A model generated the notes under the pieces. The model was not told the DNA's origin. It was given only the letters and a program-made list of their open reading frames with translations, and ran no database searches. A stretch of DNA of 24,830 bases from NCBI GenBank assembly GCA_022563285.1, contig JADFNQ010000001.1, positions 1 to 24,830 on the forward strand, in the 5' to 3' direction. This DNA is from Chloroflexota bacterium. GTDB taxonomy: Bacteria > Chloroflexota > Dehalococcoidia > SM23-28-2 > RBG-16-64-32. Below are positions 8,200 through 17,092 of the stretch, one piece after another. Numbering within the stretch: position 1 is the stretch's first letter; every line of letters starts with the position of its first letter. The translations under genes were made by a program, and so were the position numbers.

Positions 8200-9090
8200 A
8201 TGAAGCTCGCCGTGCACAACGCCCAGGGCAAGCGGGTGCGCCAGATCACGGTGGACGATACTGTCTTCGGGATCGTGCCCAACGGCGCCGTGCTCCACCA
8301 GGCGTTCGTCGCTCAGCGCGCCAATCAGCGGCGGGGCAGCGCCAGCACCAAGTCCCGGGGCGAGGTTCAAGGCAGCACCCGCAAGATCCGCAGCCAGAAG
8401 TACACCGGCCGCGCCCGACAGGGGAGCAACCGCTCGCCCGTGCGGGTCGGCGGTGGCGTCGCTTTCGGGCCCCGGCCCCGCAGCTACCGCCAGGCCCTGC
8501 CCAAGAAGATGAGGCGGCTGGCGATCCGCTCCGCCCTATCGGGCAAGGTGGCGGACGGTCAGCTACACGTCGTCGACAAGATAGGCTTCAAGCGGCCGCG
8601 CACTAAGGACGTGATCCGTATCCTGAACAACGTGGGCATTGAGCGCTCCGCGCTCATCGTTACCGGCGAGCCGGACCGCTCCGTTCTGATCAGCGCCCGC
8701 AACCGCCCAAAGACGAAGGTTCTGCCCGCCGCCTACCTCAATGTAGTCGACATGCTCACGTATCGTGACCTTCTGCTGACGGAGGGGGCGGTACGCGCTG
8801 TCGAGGGGCTGTGGGGTGCCGCAGCTGCGAAGCCCGCCGCAGCCGCCGAGGAGCCGACCGCAGAGGCGGAGACGCCGCCGGAGGAGAAACCGCGCCGCCG
8901 CCGGCCCGCGGCCGCAAAGGCGGCAGCCCCGGAGGAGGCGCCGGCGAAGCCAGCCCGCCGTGCGAGCCGGCCCAAGGCTGAGGCCGCAGAGAAGACGGCG
9001 GCAGGGGCCGGCGAGAAGCCCAAACCAGTGCGGCGCCGCTCGCGCAACAAACCTGCCCTGAGCCCCGCCGAAGGGAAGGAGGAGGAGTAG
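8200..9090 (+). CDS. rplD: 50S ribosomal protein L4 with a 90-aa low-complexity C-terminal extension
   Basis: ATG at 8200, 1 nt after the rplC stop. QKxTGRARQGS, GGGVAFGPRPR and PKKMRRLA motifs; core ends about 8817. Confidence 0.98.
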   Translation: MKLAVHNAQGKRVRQITVDDTVFGIVPNGAVLHQAFVAQRANQRRGSASTKSRGEVQGSTRKIRSQKYTGRARQGSNRSPVRVGGGVAFGPRPRSYRQALPKKMRRLAIRSALSGKVADGQLHVVDKIGFKRPRTKDVIRILNNVGIERSALIVTGEPDRSVLISARNRPKTKVLPAAYLNVVDMLTYRDLLLTEGAVRAVEGLWGAAAAKPAAAAEEPTAEAETPPEEKPRRRRPAAAKAAAPEEAPAKPARRASRPKAEAAEKTAAGAGEKPKPVRRRSRNKPALSPAEGKEEE

Positions 9091-9093
9091 GCG

Positions 9094-9393
9094 ATGGCCA
9101 AGCCTGCCCATCCTCTGGAGGTGCTGCGCCGCCCCCTGATCACGGAGAAGGGGACAAGGCTGGGCGGCGAGAACAAGCACGTGTTTGAGGTTCGCCGTGA
9201 GAGCAACAAGCACCAGATCAAGGAGGCTGTGGAGAAGGCCTTCGACGTGCGTGTCCTCAACGTGAATGTGATGAATGTCAAGGGGAAGCCACGGCGTAGC
9301 AGGGGCAGGCGAATACTCCACCGGCCGGACTGGAAAAAGGCCGTGGTGGCCCTCCACCCTGACGACAAGATCGAGCTGTTCGAAGGGCTGTAA
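9094..9393 (+). CDS. rplW: 50S ribosomal protein L23
   Basis: PLITEK, NKHQIKEAVE and WKKAVV. Confidence 0.98.
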   Translation: MAKPAHPLEVLRRPLITEKGTRLGGENKHVFEVRRESNKHQIKEAVEKAFDVRVLNVNVMNVKGKPRRSRGRRILHRPDWKKAVVALHPDDKIELFEGL

Positions 9394-9396
9394 GCG

Positions 9397-10227
9397 ATGG
9401 GTATCAGGCAGTACAAACCAACATCGCCGGGGCGCCGCGGCGCCAGCGGCTACACCTTCGAGGAGATCACCAAGAAGCGGCCGGAGAAGTCGCTCCTCGC
9501 TCCCCTTAAGAAGAGCGCCGGACGGAACAACCAGGGCCGGATCAGCGTGCGGCATCGCGGCGGGGGCCACAAGCGCCGCCTGCGAATTATCGACTTCAAA
9601 CGGGACAAGACCGGCGTGCCCGGCAAAGTAGCCGCCATAGAGTACGATCCCAACCGCTCCGCCCGCATCGCCCTCATCCACTACGCGGACGGAGAGAAGC
9701 GGTATATCATCTGGCCCGTCGGCCTCGCCGTAGGCGATACCGTGATGGCGGGCCCAAAGGCGGAGATCAAGCCCGGCAACGCTCTGCCCTTGCGCAACAT
9801 CCCCGCCGGCAACAGCGTGCACAACCTGGAGCTGCACAAGGGCCACGGCGCACAGCTGGCGCGCGGGGCGGGCAGCTCGGCGCAGCTCATGGCCCGCGAA
9901 GGGGACTACGTAATGGTCCGCCTGCCCTCCGGCGAGGTGCGCCGCGTCCACGCCGATTGCATGGCCACTGTTGGCCAGGTGGGCAACGTGGAGCATGACC
10001 AGATCAAGCTGGGACGGGCCGGCCGCAAGCGGCATCTGGGCCGGAGGCCCAAGGTGCGCGGCAGCGCGATGAACCCCCGTGACCACCCCCACGGCGGCGG
10101 CGAGGGAAAGGCTCCCATCGGCCTGCCCGGGCCCAAGACGCCCTGGGGCAAACCCACCCTCGGCTACCGCACCCGCCGCCGCAAGGACACCAACAAGTAC
10201 ATCGTACGCAGACGATTCGACGTGTAG
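9397..10227 (+). CDS. rplB: 50S ribosomal protein L2
   Basis: [25 protein letters not shown] and [14 protein letters not shown]. Confidence 0.99.
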   Translation: MGIRQYKPTSPGRRGASGYTFEEITKKRPEKSLLAPLKKSAGRNNQGRISVRHRGGGHKRRLRIIDFKRDKTGVPGKVAAIEYDPNRSARIALIHYADGEKRYIIWPVGLAVGDTVMAGPKAEIKPGNALPLRNIPAGNSVHNLELHKGHGAQLARGAGSSAQLMAREGDYVMVRLPSGEVRRVHADCMATVGQVGNVEHDQIKLGRAGRKRHLGRRPKVRGSAMNPRDHPHGGGEGKAPIGLPGPKTPWGKPTLGYRTRRRKDTNKYIVRRRFDV

Positions 10228-10235
10228 GAGAGCCG

Positions 10236-10526
10236 ATGTCTCGTTCGACCAAGAAGGGGCCCTACGCGGACCCCAAGCTGATGAAGAAGGTGGAGCAGGT
10301 AGTGCGCTCCGGCCAGAAGACCGTTATCCGGACCTGGGCCCGCCGTTCCACCATCATGCCGGAGATGGTGGGCCTCACCATCGCCGTGCATGACGGCCGC
10401 CGCCACGTGCCCATCTTCATCACTGAGAACATGGTCGGCCATAAGCTGGGTGAGTTCGCACTGACCCGGACGTTCCGCGGCCACGGCGGCAAGTCCGCCC
10501 AGGTCAGCCAGGTGCGGAGGTATTAG
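10236..10526 (+). CDS. rpsS: 30S ribosomal protein S19
   Basis: RSTKKGP and [13 protein letters not shown]. Confidence 0.99.
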   Translation: MSRSTKKGPYADPKLMKKVEQVVRSGQKTVIRTWARRSTIMPEMVGLTIAVHDGRRHVPIFITENMVGHKLGEFALTRTFRGHGGKSAQVSQVRRY

Positions 10527-10531
10527 GCGGG

Positions 10532-10870
10532 ATGGAAGTGCGAGCCTACGCCCATAACGTCTCCATCGCGCCCAAGAAGGCGCGGCTCATCCTGGATGAG
10601 ATCCGCGGCATGCGCGTGGATGAGGCGATGTCCCTCCTGCGCTTCATGCCCACGCCGCACGCGCGCATCGTCGCCAAGGCCGTGCGCTCCGCCGTCGCTA
10701 ACGCCGAGAACAACTACAACCTTCAACCGCGAAGCCTGCGCATAGCAAAGGCCTACGCCGGGGACGGCATGACCTTCCGCCGGATGCGACCACGGGCCCG
10801 CGGCCGCGCCGATATCATGCGGCGCCGCAAGAGCAACATAACCATAGTCGTCCAGGAAGAGGAGCTCTAG
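10532..10870 (+). CDS. rplV: 50S ribosomal protein L22
   Basis: [16 protein letters not shown] and RPRARGRA. Confidence 0.99.
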   Translation: MEVRAYAHNVSIAPKKARLILDEIRGMRVDEAMSLLRFMPTPHARIVAKAVRSAVANAENNYNLQPRSLRIAKAYAGDGMTFRRMRPRARGRADIMRRRKSNITIVVQEEEL

Positions 10871-10871
10871 C

Positions 10872-11675
10872 ATGGGCCAGAAGGTACACCCCCACGGCTT
10901 CCGGCTGGGCTACATCTACGACTGGAGCGCCAAGTGGTTCGCCGGCCGTGATTACCCACAGCTCCTGCAGGAGGACCTGGCCATCCGCAAGACCATCAGC
11001 GATCTCCTTCCGGATGCCGGCATATCGTCTGTAGAGATAGAGCGCAACGCAAACCTGATCACGGTGGCTGTGAACACGGCGCGCCCGGGCATCGTCATCG
11101 GGCGCGGGGGCCAGCGGGTGGACGAGCTCCGGGCCGCCCTGGAGAAGGCGAGCGGTCGCAAGATCCGCGTCAACATCAACGAGATACGCATGCCGGAGGT
11201 AGACGCTGCCCTGGTCGCGCGCGCCGTGGCGGACCAGTTGGAGCGTAGGATCTCCCACCGGAGGGCTATCAAGCAGGCGATCGCCCGCGCCATGCAGCGC
11301 GGCGCCCAGGGCATCAAGATCAAGGTTGGAGGGCGTCTGGGCGGGTCCGATATGTCCCGCAAGGACCAGGGGATGGAGGGCCGCGTCCCGCTGCACACCA
11401 TCAGGGCGGACATAGACTACGGCACCGCGGAGGCCCGCACCGCCCTGGGGCGCATCGGCGTCAAGGTGTGGGTCTACAAGGGCGACCGCATTATCGAAGA
11501 GCCAGCGCAGGTGCAGCGCCGGCGTCCTCGGAAGGAAGGCGCCGAGGCGGGGGAGCAGCCGGAGGCGGGGGAGCAGCCGGAGGCCGCGGCCGAGGCGCCG
11601 GAGGTGGAAGCGGCGGTAGCCACAGAACCTGAGCCTAAACCTGAAGCTGAGGCTGAACCGGATGCTACAGCCTAA
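10872..11675 (+). CDS. rpsC: 30S ribosomal protein S3 with a ~62-aa C-terminal extension
   Basis: [35 protein letters not shown] and [10 protein letters not shown]. Confidence 0.99.
   Translation: MGQKVHPHGFRLGYIYDWSAKWFAGRDYPQLLQEDLAIRKTISDLLPDAGISSVEIERNANLITVAVNTARPGIVIGRGGQRVDELRAALEKASGRKIRVNINEIRMPEVDAALVARAVADQLERRISHRRAIKQAIARAMQRGAQGIKIKVGGRLGGSDMSRKDQGMEGRVPLHTIRADIDYGTAEARTALGRIGVKVWVYKGDRIIEEPAQVQRRRPRKEGAEAGEQPEAGEQPEAAAEAPEVEAAVATEPEPKPEAEAEPDATA
11544..11584 (+). repeat. Perfect 18-nt tandem duplication (EAGEQP x2) in the rpsC tail
   Basis: GAGGCGGGGGAGCAGCCG at 11544-11561 and 11562-11579, plus a partial GAGGC. Confidence 0.9.
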
Positions 11676-12078
11676 ACGGACCAAATTCCGCAAGACCCAC
11701 CGAGGCCGCCGCGCTGGCCGCGCCGGCGTCGGCAACGCCGTCACCTTCGGCGATTTCGGCCTGCAGGCTCTGGGCACCTGCTGGATGACCGCTCGTCAGA
11801 TAGAGGCCGGACGGCGGGCGATCACCCGCTACGTCCGCCGCGGTGGAAAGCTCTGGATACGCGTCTTCCCTGACAAGCCGGTGACGAAGAAGCCGCTGGA
11901 GACGAGGCAGGGATCGGGCAAGGGCCCAGTAGAGTTCTGGGTTGCGGTCGTGAAGCCCGGCCGCATCATTTATGAGATCGCCGGGGTGCGCGAGGACACC
12001 GCACGCGAGGCTATGCGCCTGGCCTCCCACAAGCTGCCGATACATACCCGCTTCGTGTTGCGGGAGGCGGTGGCGTAA
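11662..12078 (+). CDS. rplP: 50S ribosomal protein L16
   Basis: [20 protein letters not shown] and [11 protein letters not shown]. Overlaps the rpsC end by 14 nt. Confidence 0.99.
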   Translation: MLQPKRTKFRKTHRGRRAGRAGVGNAVTFGDFGLQALGTCWMTARQIEAGRRAITRYVRRGGKLWIRVFPDKPVTKKPLETRQGSGKGPVEFWVAVVKPGRIIYEIAGVREDTAREAMRLASHKLPIHTRFVLREAVA

Positions 12079-12090
12079 GAGAGTAATGAG

Positions 12091-12318
12091 ATGGCGAAGA
12101 AGCTAAAGACGAAGACCCAAGACATACGCAAACTCTCGGACGAGGACCTGGTGAAGCAGCTGGAGGAGGCGCACCGCCGCCTGTTCTCCCTGCGACTCCA
12201 GAAGGAGACCCACCAGATCACCAACCATCGCGAGCTGCCGAGGGCGAAGCGTCTCATCGCGCGGCTGAAGACGATCCTGCGGCAGAGGCAGCTCGCAGGC
12301 ATCGGGGAGGCGCAGTAG
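12091..12318 (+). CDS. rpmC: 50S ribosomal protein L29
   Basis: Position after rplP; [16 protein letters not shown] and [11 protein letters not shown]. Confidence 0.95.
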   Translation: MAKKLKTKTQDIRKLSDEDLVKQLEEAHRRLFSLRLQKETHQITNHRELPRAKRLIARLKTILRQRQLAGIGEAQ

Positions 12319-12320
12319 GC

Positions 12321-13031
12321 ATGGGCCGGTTGGCTCACGGCGGTCACAAGACCCGCGAGGGCACGGTAGTGTCCGACAAGATGGACAAGACCGTCGTCGT
12401 GGCGGTGGCGAGCAGCGTCAGGCACCGTCTCTACAAGAAGATCGTCCGGCGACTTCGTCGCTACAAGGCCCACGACGAAACCAATGACGCCAAGCTGGGT
12501 GACCGTGTCCGCATCGTGGAGTCCCGGCCCTACTCCCGGCACAAGCGCTGGCAGCTCATCGAGGTGTTGATCCGCGCCGACCGGCCCGAAGTGGCCCCCG
12601 AGGAGATAGACTTGGAGCTCCTGGGCGAAGTGAAGGCAGAAGAGGAGGCCGCCCCGGAAGTCCCGGAGGTCGAGGCCGAACCGGAGGTCGCGGAGGAGCC
12701 GGAGGCGAAGGAGGAGCCGGAAGCGGAGGAGCCGGAGGCCGAGGCCGAACCGGAGGTCGCGGAGGAGCCGGAAGCGGAGAAGGAACCAGAAGCGGAGGAG
12801 GAGCCGGAGGCCGCGGCCAAACCGGAGGCGGAGGAGGAGCCAGAAGCGGAGGAGGAGCCGGAGGCGAAGGAGGAGCCGGAGGCGAAGGAGGAACCGGAGG
12901 TGGAGGAGGAGCCGGAAGCGAAGGAGGAGCCGGAGGCTGAGGCAGAAGTGGAGGCGGAACCGGAGGCAGCGGAGGAGCCGGAAGCCGAGGCAGAGGAAGC
13001 GGAAGGCGAGGAGAAGGAGGGATCATCGTGA
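12321..13031 (+). CDS. rpsQ: 30S ribosomal protein S17 with a 150-aa acidic repetitive C-terminal extension
   Basis: [33 protein letters not shown] and KRW core (aa 1-86), followed by xEEPEA repeats. Confidence 0.98.
   Translation: MGRLAHGGHKTREGTVVSDKMDKTVVVAVASSVRHRLYKKIVRRLRRYKAHDETNDAKLGDRVRIVESRPYSRHKRWQLIEVLIRADRPEVAPEEIDLELLGEVKAEEEAAPEVPEVEAEPEVAEEPEAKEEPEAEEPEAEAEPEVAEEPEAEKEPEAEEEPEAAAKPEAEEEPEAEEEPEAKEEPEAKEEPEVEEEPEAKEEPEAEAEVEAEPEAAEEPEAEAEEAEGEEKEGSS
12672..12986 (+). repeat. In-frame imperfect 18-nt minisatellite (about 17 units, consensus xEEPEA) in rpsQ
   Basis: Units such as GAGGAGGAGCCGGAGGCG. A 32-nt block is exactly duplicated at 12672 and 12741. Confidence 0.95.
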
Positions 13032-13396
13032 TCCAGTCCTCCTCTCGACTCCGTGTCGCCGATAACTCCGGCGCCCGGCAGGTGATGTGCATTAAGGTGC
13101 TCGGCGGCACCCGGCGCCGTTATGGCAGCGTGGGCGATATAATCGTCGCCTCCGTCAAGCATGCCGCCCCGGGCGGCGCCGTCAAGAAGGGGGACGTAGT
13201 GCGGGCCGTCGTCGTCCGCGTGGCGCAGACCTATCGGCGCGACGACGGCTCCTACATCCGATTCGACGACAATGCGGCTGTCATCCTGACCGATGCCTAC
13301 AACCCTCAGGGGACGCGCATCTTCGGGCCCGTGGCCCGCGAGCTTCGAGAGCGCAACTTCATGAAGATCGTCTCCCTGGCCCCGGAGGTGTTGTAG
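13028..13396 (+). CDS. rplN: 50S ribosomal protein L14
   Basis: GTGA overlap with rps[17 protein letters not shown] and [13 protein letters not shown]. Confidence 0.99.
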   Translation: MIQSSSRLRVADNSGARQVMCIKVLGGTRRRYGSVGDIIVASVKHAAPGGAVKKGDVVRAVVVRVAQTYRRDDGSYIRFDDNAAVILTDAYNPQGTRIFGPVARELRERNFMKIVSLAPEVL

Positions 13397-13398
13397 GC

Positions 13399-13713
13399 AT
13401 GCAACGGGTGAAGAAGGAGGACACAGTCCTCGTTACCAAGGGCAAGGACAGGGGCAGGAGCGGCCCCGTGAAGCTGGTCATACCCGGGAAGAACCGCGTC
13501 ATCGTCACCGGCATTAACATCGTGAAGCGGCACATGCGGCCGCGCGGGCCGCAGCAGCCCGGCGGTATCATCGAGCGCGAGGCGCCAATCTCCCTCGCCA
13601 ACGTCCGTCCCCTGTGCCCCTCCTGCGATAAGCCCGTGCGGGTGGGCTTTCGTGTCCTGGCGGACGGTCGTAAGGTGCGTTACTGTAAGAAGTGCGATGC
13701 GAATTTCGATTGA
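13399..13713 (+). CDS. rplX: 50S ribosomal protein L24 (four-Cys zinc-ribbon type)
   Basis: VKKEDTVLVTKGKDRG KOW motif and GGIIEREAP; CPSC...CKKC. Confidence 0.98.
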   Translation: MQRVKKEDTVLVTKGKDRGRSGPVKLVIPGKNRVIVTGINIVKRHMRPRGPQQPGGIIEREAPISLANVRPLCPSCDKPVRVGFRVLADGRKVRYCKKCDANFD

Positions 13714-13726
13714 GGATGTGTAGCAG

Positions 13727-14272
13727 GTGGCTCCGAGACTGAAAGAGAGATACCGCCAGGAGGTAGTGCCGGCCCTGATCAAGGAGTTCGGCTACGCCAA
13801 CGTCATGCAGGTACCGCGGCCTGATAAGGCCAGCGTCAACATCGGCCTGGGAGAGGCCGTGTCGGACGCGAAAGCGCTGGACTCCGCCACCGCAGACGTG
13901 AGCATAATCACCGGGCAGAAGCCCGTGATCACCCGCGCCAAGCGGTCTATCGCCAACTTCAAGCTGCGCGAGGGGATGCCCATCGGTGTGATGGTCACTA
14001 CGCGGGGGGATCGCATGTGGGAGTTCCTGGACCGGCTGCTGAACGCCGCCCTTCCCCGCATTCGCGACTTCCAGGGCCTCTCACCTAGCTCCTTCGACGG
14101 CCGCGGCAACTTCAGCCTCGGCATCCGCGAGCAGCTCATGTTCCCCGAGATCGATTACGATAAGGTCGACCGTATCCGGGGGCTTCAGATAACCATCGTT
14201 ACCACAGCCAGGACGGACGAAGAGGGGAAGCGGCTGTTGGAGCTTCTGGGGATGCCCTTCGCGGGGCGTTAG
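13727..14272 (+). CDS. rplE: 50S ribosomal protein L5
   Basis: [32 protein letters not shown] and LLELLGMPF. Confidence 0.99.
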   Translation: MAPRLKERYRQEVVPALIKEFGYANVMQVPRPDKASVNIGLGEAVSDAKALDSATADVSIITGQKPVITRAKRSIANFKLREGMPIGVMVTTRGDRMWEFLDRLLNAALPRIRDFQGLSPSSFDGRGNFSLGIREQLMFPEIDYDKVDRIRGLQITIVTTARTDEEGKRLLELLGMPFAGR

Positions 14273-14282
14273 GGGACAGTAA

Positions 14283-14471
14283 GTGGCCCGCAAAGCGCTG
14301 TACGAGAAGACGTTCAACAAGAAGCCGAAGTTCCGGGTACGGCACCGCAACCGCTGCCATCGCTGCGGGCGCCCGCGCGCCTACCTGCGCGCCTTCGCTC
14401 TCTGCCGTATCTGCTTCCGGCAGCTAGCCCTGCTGGGACATCTGCCGGGGGTAAAGAAGTCCAGCTGGTAG
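14283..14471 (+). CDS. rpsZ: 30S ribosomal protein S14, short zinc-binding type Z
   Basis: GTG start. RCHRCGRPR...LCRICFR...PGVKKSSW. Confidence 0.97.
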   Translation: MARKALYEKTFNKKPKFRVRHRNRCHRCGRPRAYLRAFALCRICFRQLALLGHLPGVKKSSW

Positions 14472-14481
14472 GACAAGCAAG

Positions 14482-14877
14482 ATGAATACCGACCCGATCG
14501 CCGACATGCTTACCCGAATCCGGAACGCCCTTCAGGCGCGGCACGACTTCACCAATATGCCCGCGTCCAAGGTTAAGCTCTCTCTGGCGGAGACCCTCAA
14601 GAAGGAGGGCTTCATCCGGGATTACGAGGTGCTCCAGGAGGGGCTGAGGCGGACGATTCGCGTGCACCTTGCCTACACCGATAACCGGGAGCCGGTCATA
14701 ACCGGCCTCAAGCGGGTGAGCAAGCCTGGGCTGAGGGTATACGCCAAGAAGCGCGAAGTGCCGCGGGTGTACGGCGGCTTGGGGATAGCCATCCTCTCCA
14801 CCTCTCAGGGCCTGCTCAGCGGCGGTGAGGCCCGAAAGCGCGGTCTCGGCGGCGAAGTCGTCTGCCACGTGTGGTAA
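14482..14877 (+). CDS. rpsH: 30S ribosomal protein S8
   Basis: [21 protein letters not shown] and LSTSQG...GGEVVCHVW. Confidence 0.99.
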   Translation: MNTDPIADMLTRIRNALQARHDFTNMPASKVKLSLAETLKKEGFIRDYEVLQEGLRRTIRVHLAYTDNREPVITGLKRVSKPGLRVYAKKREVPRVYGGLGIAILSTSQGLLSGGEARKRGLGGEVVCHVW

Positions 14878-14965
14878 GGGTAATAACATGGAGCACGGTG
14901 CAAGGAACAGCAAGCTTGGGGGCCTAAGGGTTCTCGTTCCCAGTACCCTGTTACCCGTTAACGGG
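14878..14965. other. Intergenic imperfect inverted repeat plus a 12-bp palindrome between rpsH and rplF
   Basis: GGGTAAtaaCA 14878-14888 pairs with TGTTACCC 14949-14956; GGAAC 14904-14908 with GTTCC 14936-14940; CTTGG 14915-14919 with CTAAG 14924-14928. Palindrome CCCGTTAACGGG at 14954-14965. Confidence 0.6.
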
Positions 14966-14985
14966 GGAGATGGGGAGGGGTGCGC

Positions 14986-15531
14986 ATGTCCCGCGTAGGC
15001 AAGATGCCGATAGCCATACCCAGCGGCGTGGAGGTGCGGATCGAGGGGGCCAAGGTCACCGTCAAGGGCCCCAAGGGCGAACTCAGCCGCGATCTGGAAC
15101 CCGATATGAAGCTCAACCTCAGCGACGGCGTACTCACCGTCGATCGGCCCAGCGATAAGCCCCGCCACCGCTCTGCGCACGGCCTCACCCGTACCCTGAT
15201 CCAGAATATGGTCAGCGGCGTTACCGAGGGGTTCGCCAAGACCCTGGAGCTTCAGGGTGTAGGCTACCGCGCCCAGATGCAGGGGCCCAACCTGGTGCTC
15301 GCCGTGGGCTACTCCAGGCCGGTGGAGGTTCCGCCGCCGCCGGGGATAGAGTTCGAGGTGGAAGGCACCACGCGGGTGACCGTGAAGGGGATCAGCAAGG
15401 AAGGCGTGGGCCAGGCCGCCGCCGATGTCCGCAAGGTCAGGCCGCCGGAGCCCTACAAGGGCAAGGGCATCCGCTACGTGGGCGAGTACGTCCGCCGCAA
15501 GGCGGGCAAGGCGGGCAAGGCGATTCACTGA
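14986..15531 (+). CDS. rplF: 50S ribosomal protein L6
   Basis: SD GGAGGGG then ATG at 14986. [15 protein letters not shown] and [11 protein letters not shown]. Confidence 0.99.
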   Translation: MSRVGKMPIAIPSGVEVRIEGAKVTVKGPKGELSRDLEPDMKLNLSDGVLTVDRPSDKPRHRSAHGLTRTLIQNMVSGVTEGFAKTLELQGVGYRAQMQGPNLVLAVGYSRPVEVPPPPGIEFEVEGTTRVTVKGISKEGVGQAAADVRKVRPPEPYKGKGIRYVGEYVRRKAGKAGKAIH

Positions 15532-15533
15532 GC

Positions 15534-15902
15534 ATGAAGAAGACCAAGACTCCTTTCGCAGCGCGAAGACGACGCCACCGCCGGGTGCGCCGGAGGATCA
15601 GCGGCTCCCCCGTGCGCCCGCGGCTGGCTGTCTTTCGCAGCCTGAACCACATCTACGCTCAGGTCATTGACGACAGCAGTGGCCGCACCCTTGTGGCCGC
15701 TTCCGATATGGAGGCTGACCTGCGAGGCCAGCGCAACGGCAAGAAGAAGAGCCAGGTAGCCAAGCTGGTAGGGGACTCTATCGCTCGTAAGGCGATCGAC
15801 AAGGGGATCAAGACGGTCGTCTTCGATCGCGGCGGCTTCAAATACCACGGCCGTGTTAAGTCCCTGGGCGACGCGGCCCGAAAGGGAGGGCTCTCCTTCT
15901 AA
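15534..15902 (+). CDS. rplR: 50S ribosomal protein L18
   Basis: [18 protein letters not shown] and [13 protein letters not shown]. Confidence 0.99.
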   Translation: MKKTKTPFAARRRRHRRVRRRISGSPVRPRLAVFRSLNHIYAQVIDDSSGRTLVAASDMEADLRGQRNGKKKSQVAKLVGDSIARKAIDKGIKTVVFDRGGFKYHGRVKSLGDAARKGGLSF

Positions 15903-15913
15903 CTGAGGTGGTC

Positions 15914-16450
15914 ATGTCCAATCCGGGAAAGTACATCGCCAAGCGGGAAAAGATAGACGTCTCCGAGATGGAGATCACGGAGAAGGTAGTCTACATCAAC
16001 CGCGTAGCGAAGGTGATGAAGGGCGGCCGCCGCTTTCACTTCACCGCCGTAGTGGTGGTGGGCGATGGCGCTGGCCACGTGGGCGCCGCCCTGGGCAAGG
16101 CGAGGGAGGTCCCCGAGGCGATCCGCAAGGCCTCGACCATCGCCCGCAAGCACATGATCAGCGTACCCATTGTGGACACCACCATCCCCCACCCCCTCCT
16201 CACTCGCTTCAGCGCCTCCCAGGTGCTGCTCAAGCCGGCGGCGCCCGGCACCGGCCTCATCGCCGGCGGCGGTATCCGCGCCGTGCTGGAGGCGGCGGGA
16301 GTGAAGGACGCCGTGACCAAATCCCTCGGCTCCAAGAACCCGGCCAACGTGGTCAAGGCGACGATCCTGGGCCTATCTAGGATGCGTTCTCCGGAGGAGG
16401 CGCTGGCCCGACGGCGGTCCGTATCTGCGGCGGCATCCAGAGATGGCTAA
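15914..16450 (+). CDS. rpsE: 30S ribosomal protein S5
   Basis: [27 protein letters not shown] and [13 protein letters not shown] at 15914 preferred (GAGG SD) over GTG at 15908. Confidence 0.98.
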   Translation: MSNPGKYIAKREKIDVSEMEITEKVVYINRVAKVMKGGRRFHFTAVVVVGDGAGHVGAALGKAREVPEAIRKASTIARKHMISVPIVDTTIPHPLLTRFSASQVLLKPAAPGTGLIAGGGIRAVLEAAGVKDAVTKSLGSKNPANVVKATILGLSRMRSPEEALARRRSVSAAASRDG

Positions 16451-16631
16451 GCTTCGTATAAGTTGGCGTAAGAGCGCCATCGGCTATGGCGGTGACCAGA
16501 AGCGCACGATCGAGGCGCTGGGTCTGCGCCGGCTGGGGCACACTGTGGAGCATTCCGACACGCCTGCTATACGTGGTATGATTAACAAGGTTCGGCACCT
16601 TATTGAGGTTGCTGAGGTTCCCCAGGACTGA
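16443..16631 (+). CDS. rpmD: 50S ribosomal protein L30
   Basis: [15 protein letters not shown] and [13 protein letters not shown]. Confidence 0.98.
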   Translation: MAKLRISWRKSAIGYGGDQKRTIEALGLRRLGHTVEHSDTPAIRGMINKVRHLIEVAEVPQD

Positions 16632-17092
16632 TGCTTGCCCACGAACTTAGACCGCCCAGGGGGTCTAAACGCGCCCGAAAGCGGGTGGGCCGCGGCAATG
16701 CCAGCGGCCATGGCACCTATTCCGGACGCGGCCTTAAAGGACAGAAGTCTCGCGCGGGGCACAAGCCCAAGCTGGGGTTCGAAGGCGGCCAGACCAAGCT
16801 GATCAAGCGCCTGCCCAGGCGACGCGGCTTCACCAACATCTTCCGCAAGGAGTACGCCGCGGTAAACCTGCGCGACCTGGAGCGGTTCCAGGCGGGGACT
16901 GAGGTGACGCCGGAGCTGCTCAAGCAGTCGGGCGTGCTGAGGACGCTGCGGCGACCGGTGAAGGTGCTGGCGACGGGCGAACTGACAAAGGCTCTGACCG
17001 TGAAGGTGCATAAGTTCTCTATGACCGCAAAGGCGAAGATCGAGGCGGCGGGCGGCGCTGCCCAGGAGATCGGCGATGGCGACGGCGGCTAG
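16631..17092 (+). CDS. rplO: 50S ribosomal protein L15
   Basis: [27 protein letters not shown] and AKIEAAGG. Confidence 0.99.
   Translation: MLAHELRPPRGSKRARKRVGRGNASGHGTYSGRGLKGQKSRAGHKPKLGFEGGQTKLIKRLPRRRGFTNIFRKEYAAVNLRDLERFQAGTEVTPELLKQSGVLRTLRRPVKVLATGELTKALTVKVHKFSMTAKAKIEAAGGAAQEIGDGDGG

Noticed and set aside
8563-10092. Long minus-strand ORFs (509 aa here; also 1755-3014, 14314-15528, 10815-11777, 18823-19833, 20134-21054)
   Set aside because: They lie wholly antisense to conserved genes and show no recognisable motifs. Such shadow ORFs are expected from high-GC codon bias.
12086-12106. Out-of-frame mini-ORF MRWRRS overlapping the rpmC start
   Set aside because: It has only six codons and a weak SD, and is easily explained by chance.
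12672-12986. Repeat array considered as a CRISPR
   Set aside because: Units are contiguous and in-frame, with no unique spacers and no cas genes. It is a coding minisatellite.
12530-13162. Pro-rich and Ser-rich antisense ORFs that resemble extensin or collagen-like proteins
   Set aside because: They are the reverse-complement readings of the rpsQ GAG/CCG repeat.
15498-15521. 9-nt repeat AAGGCGGGC near the end of rplF
   Set aside because: It encodes the ordinary KAGKAGK ending of L6.
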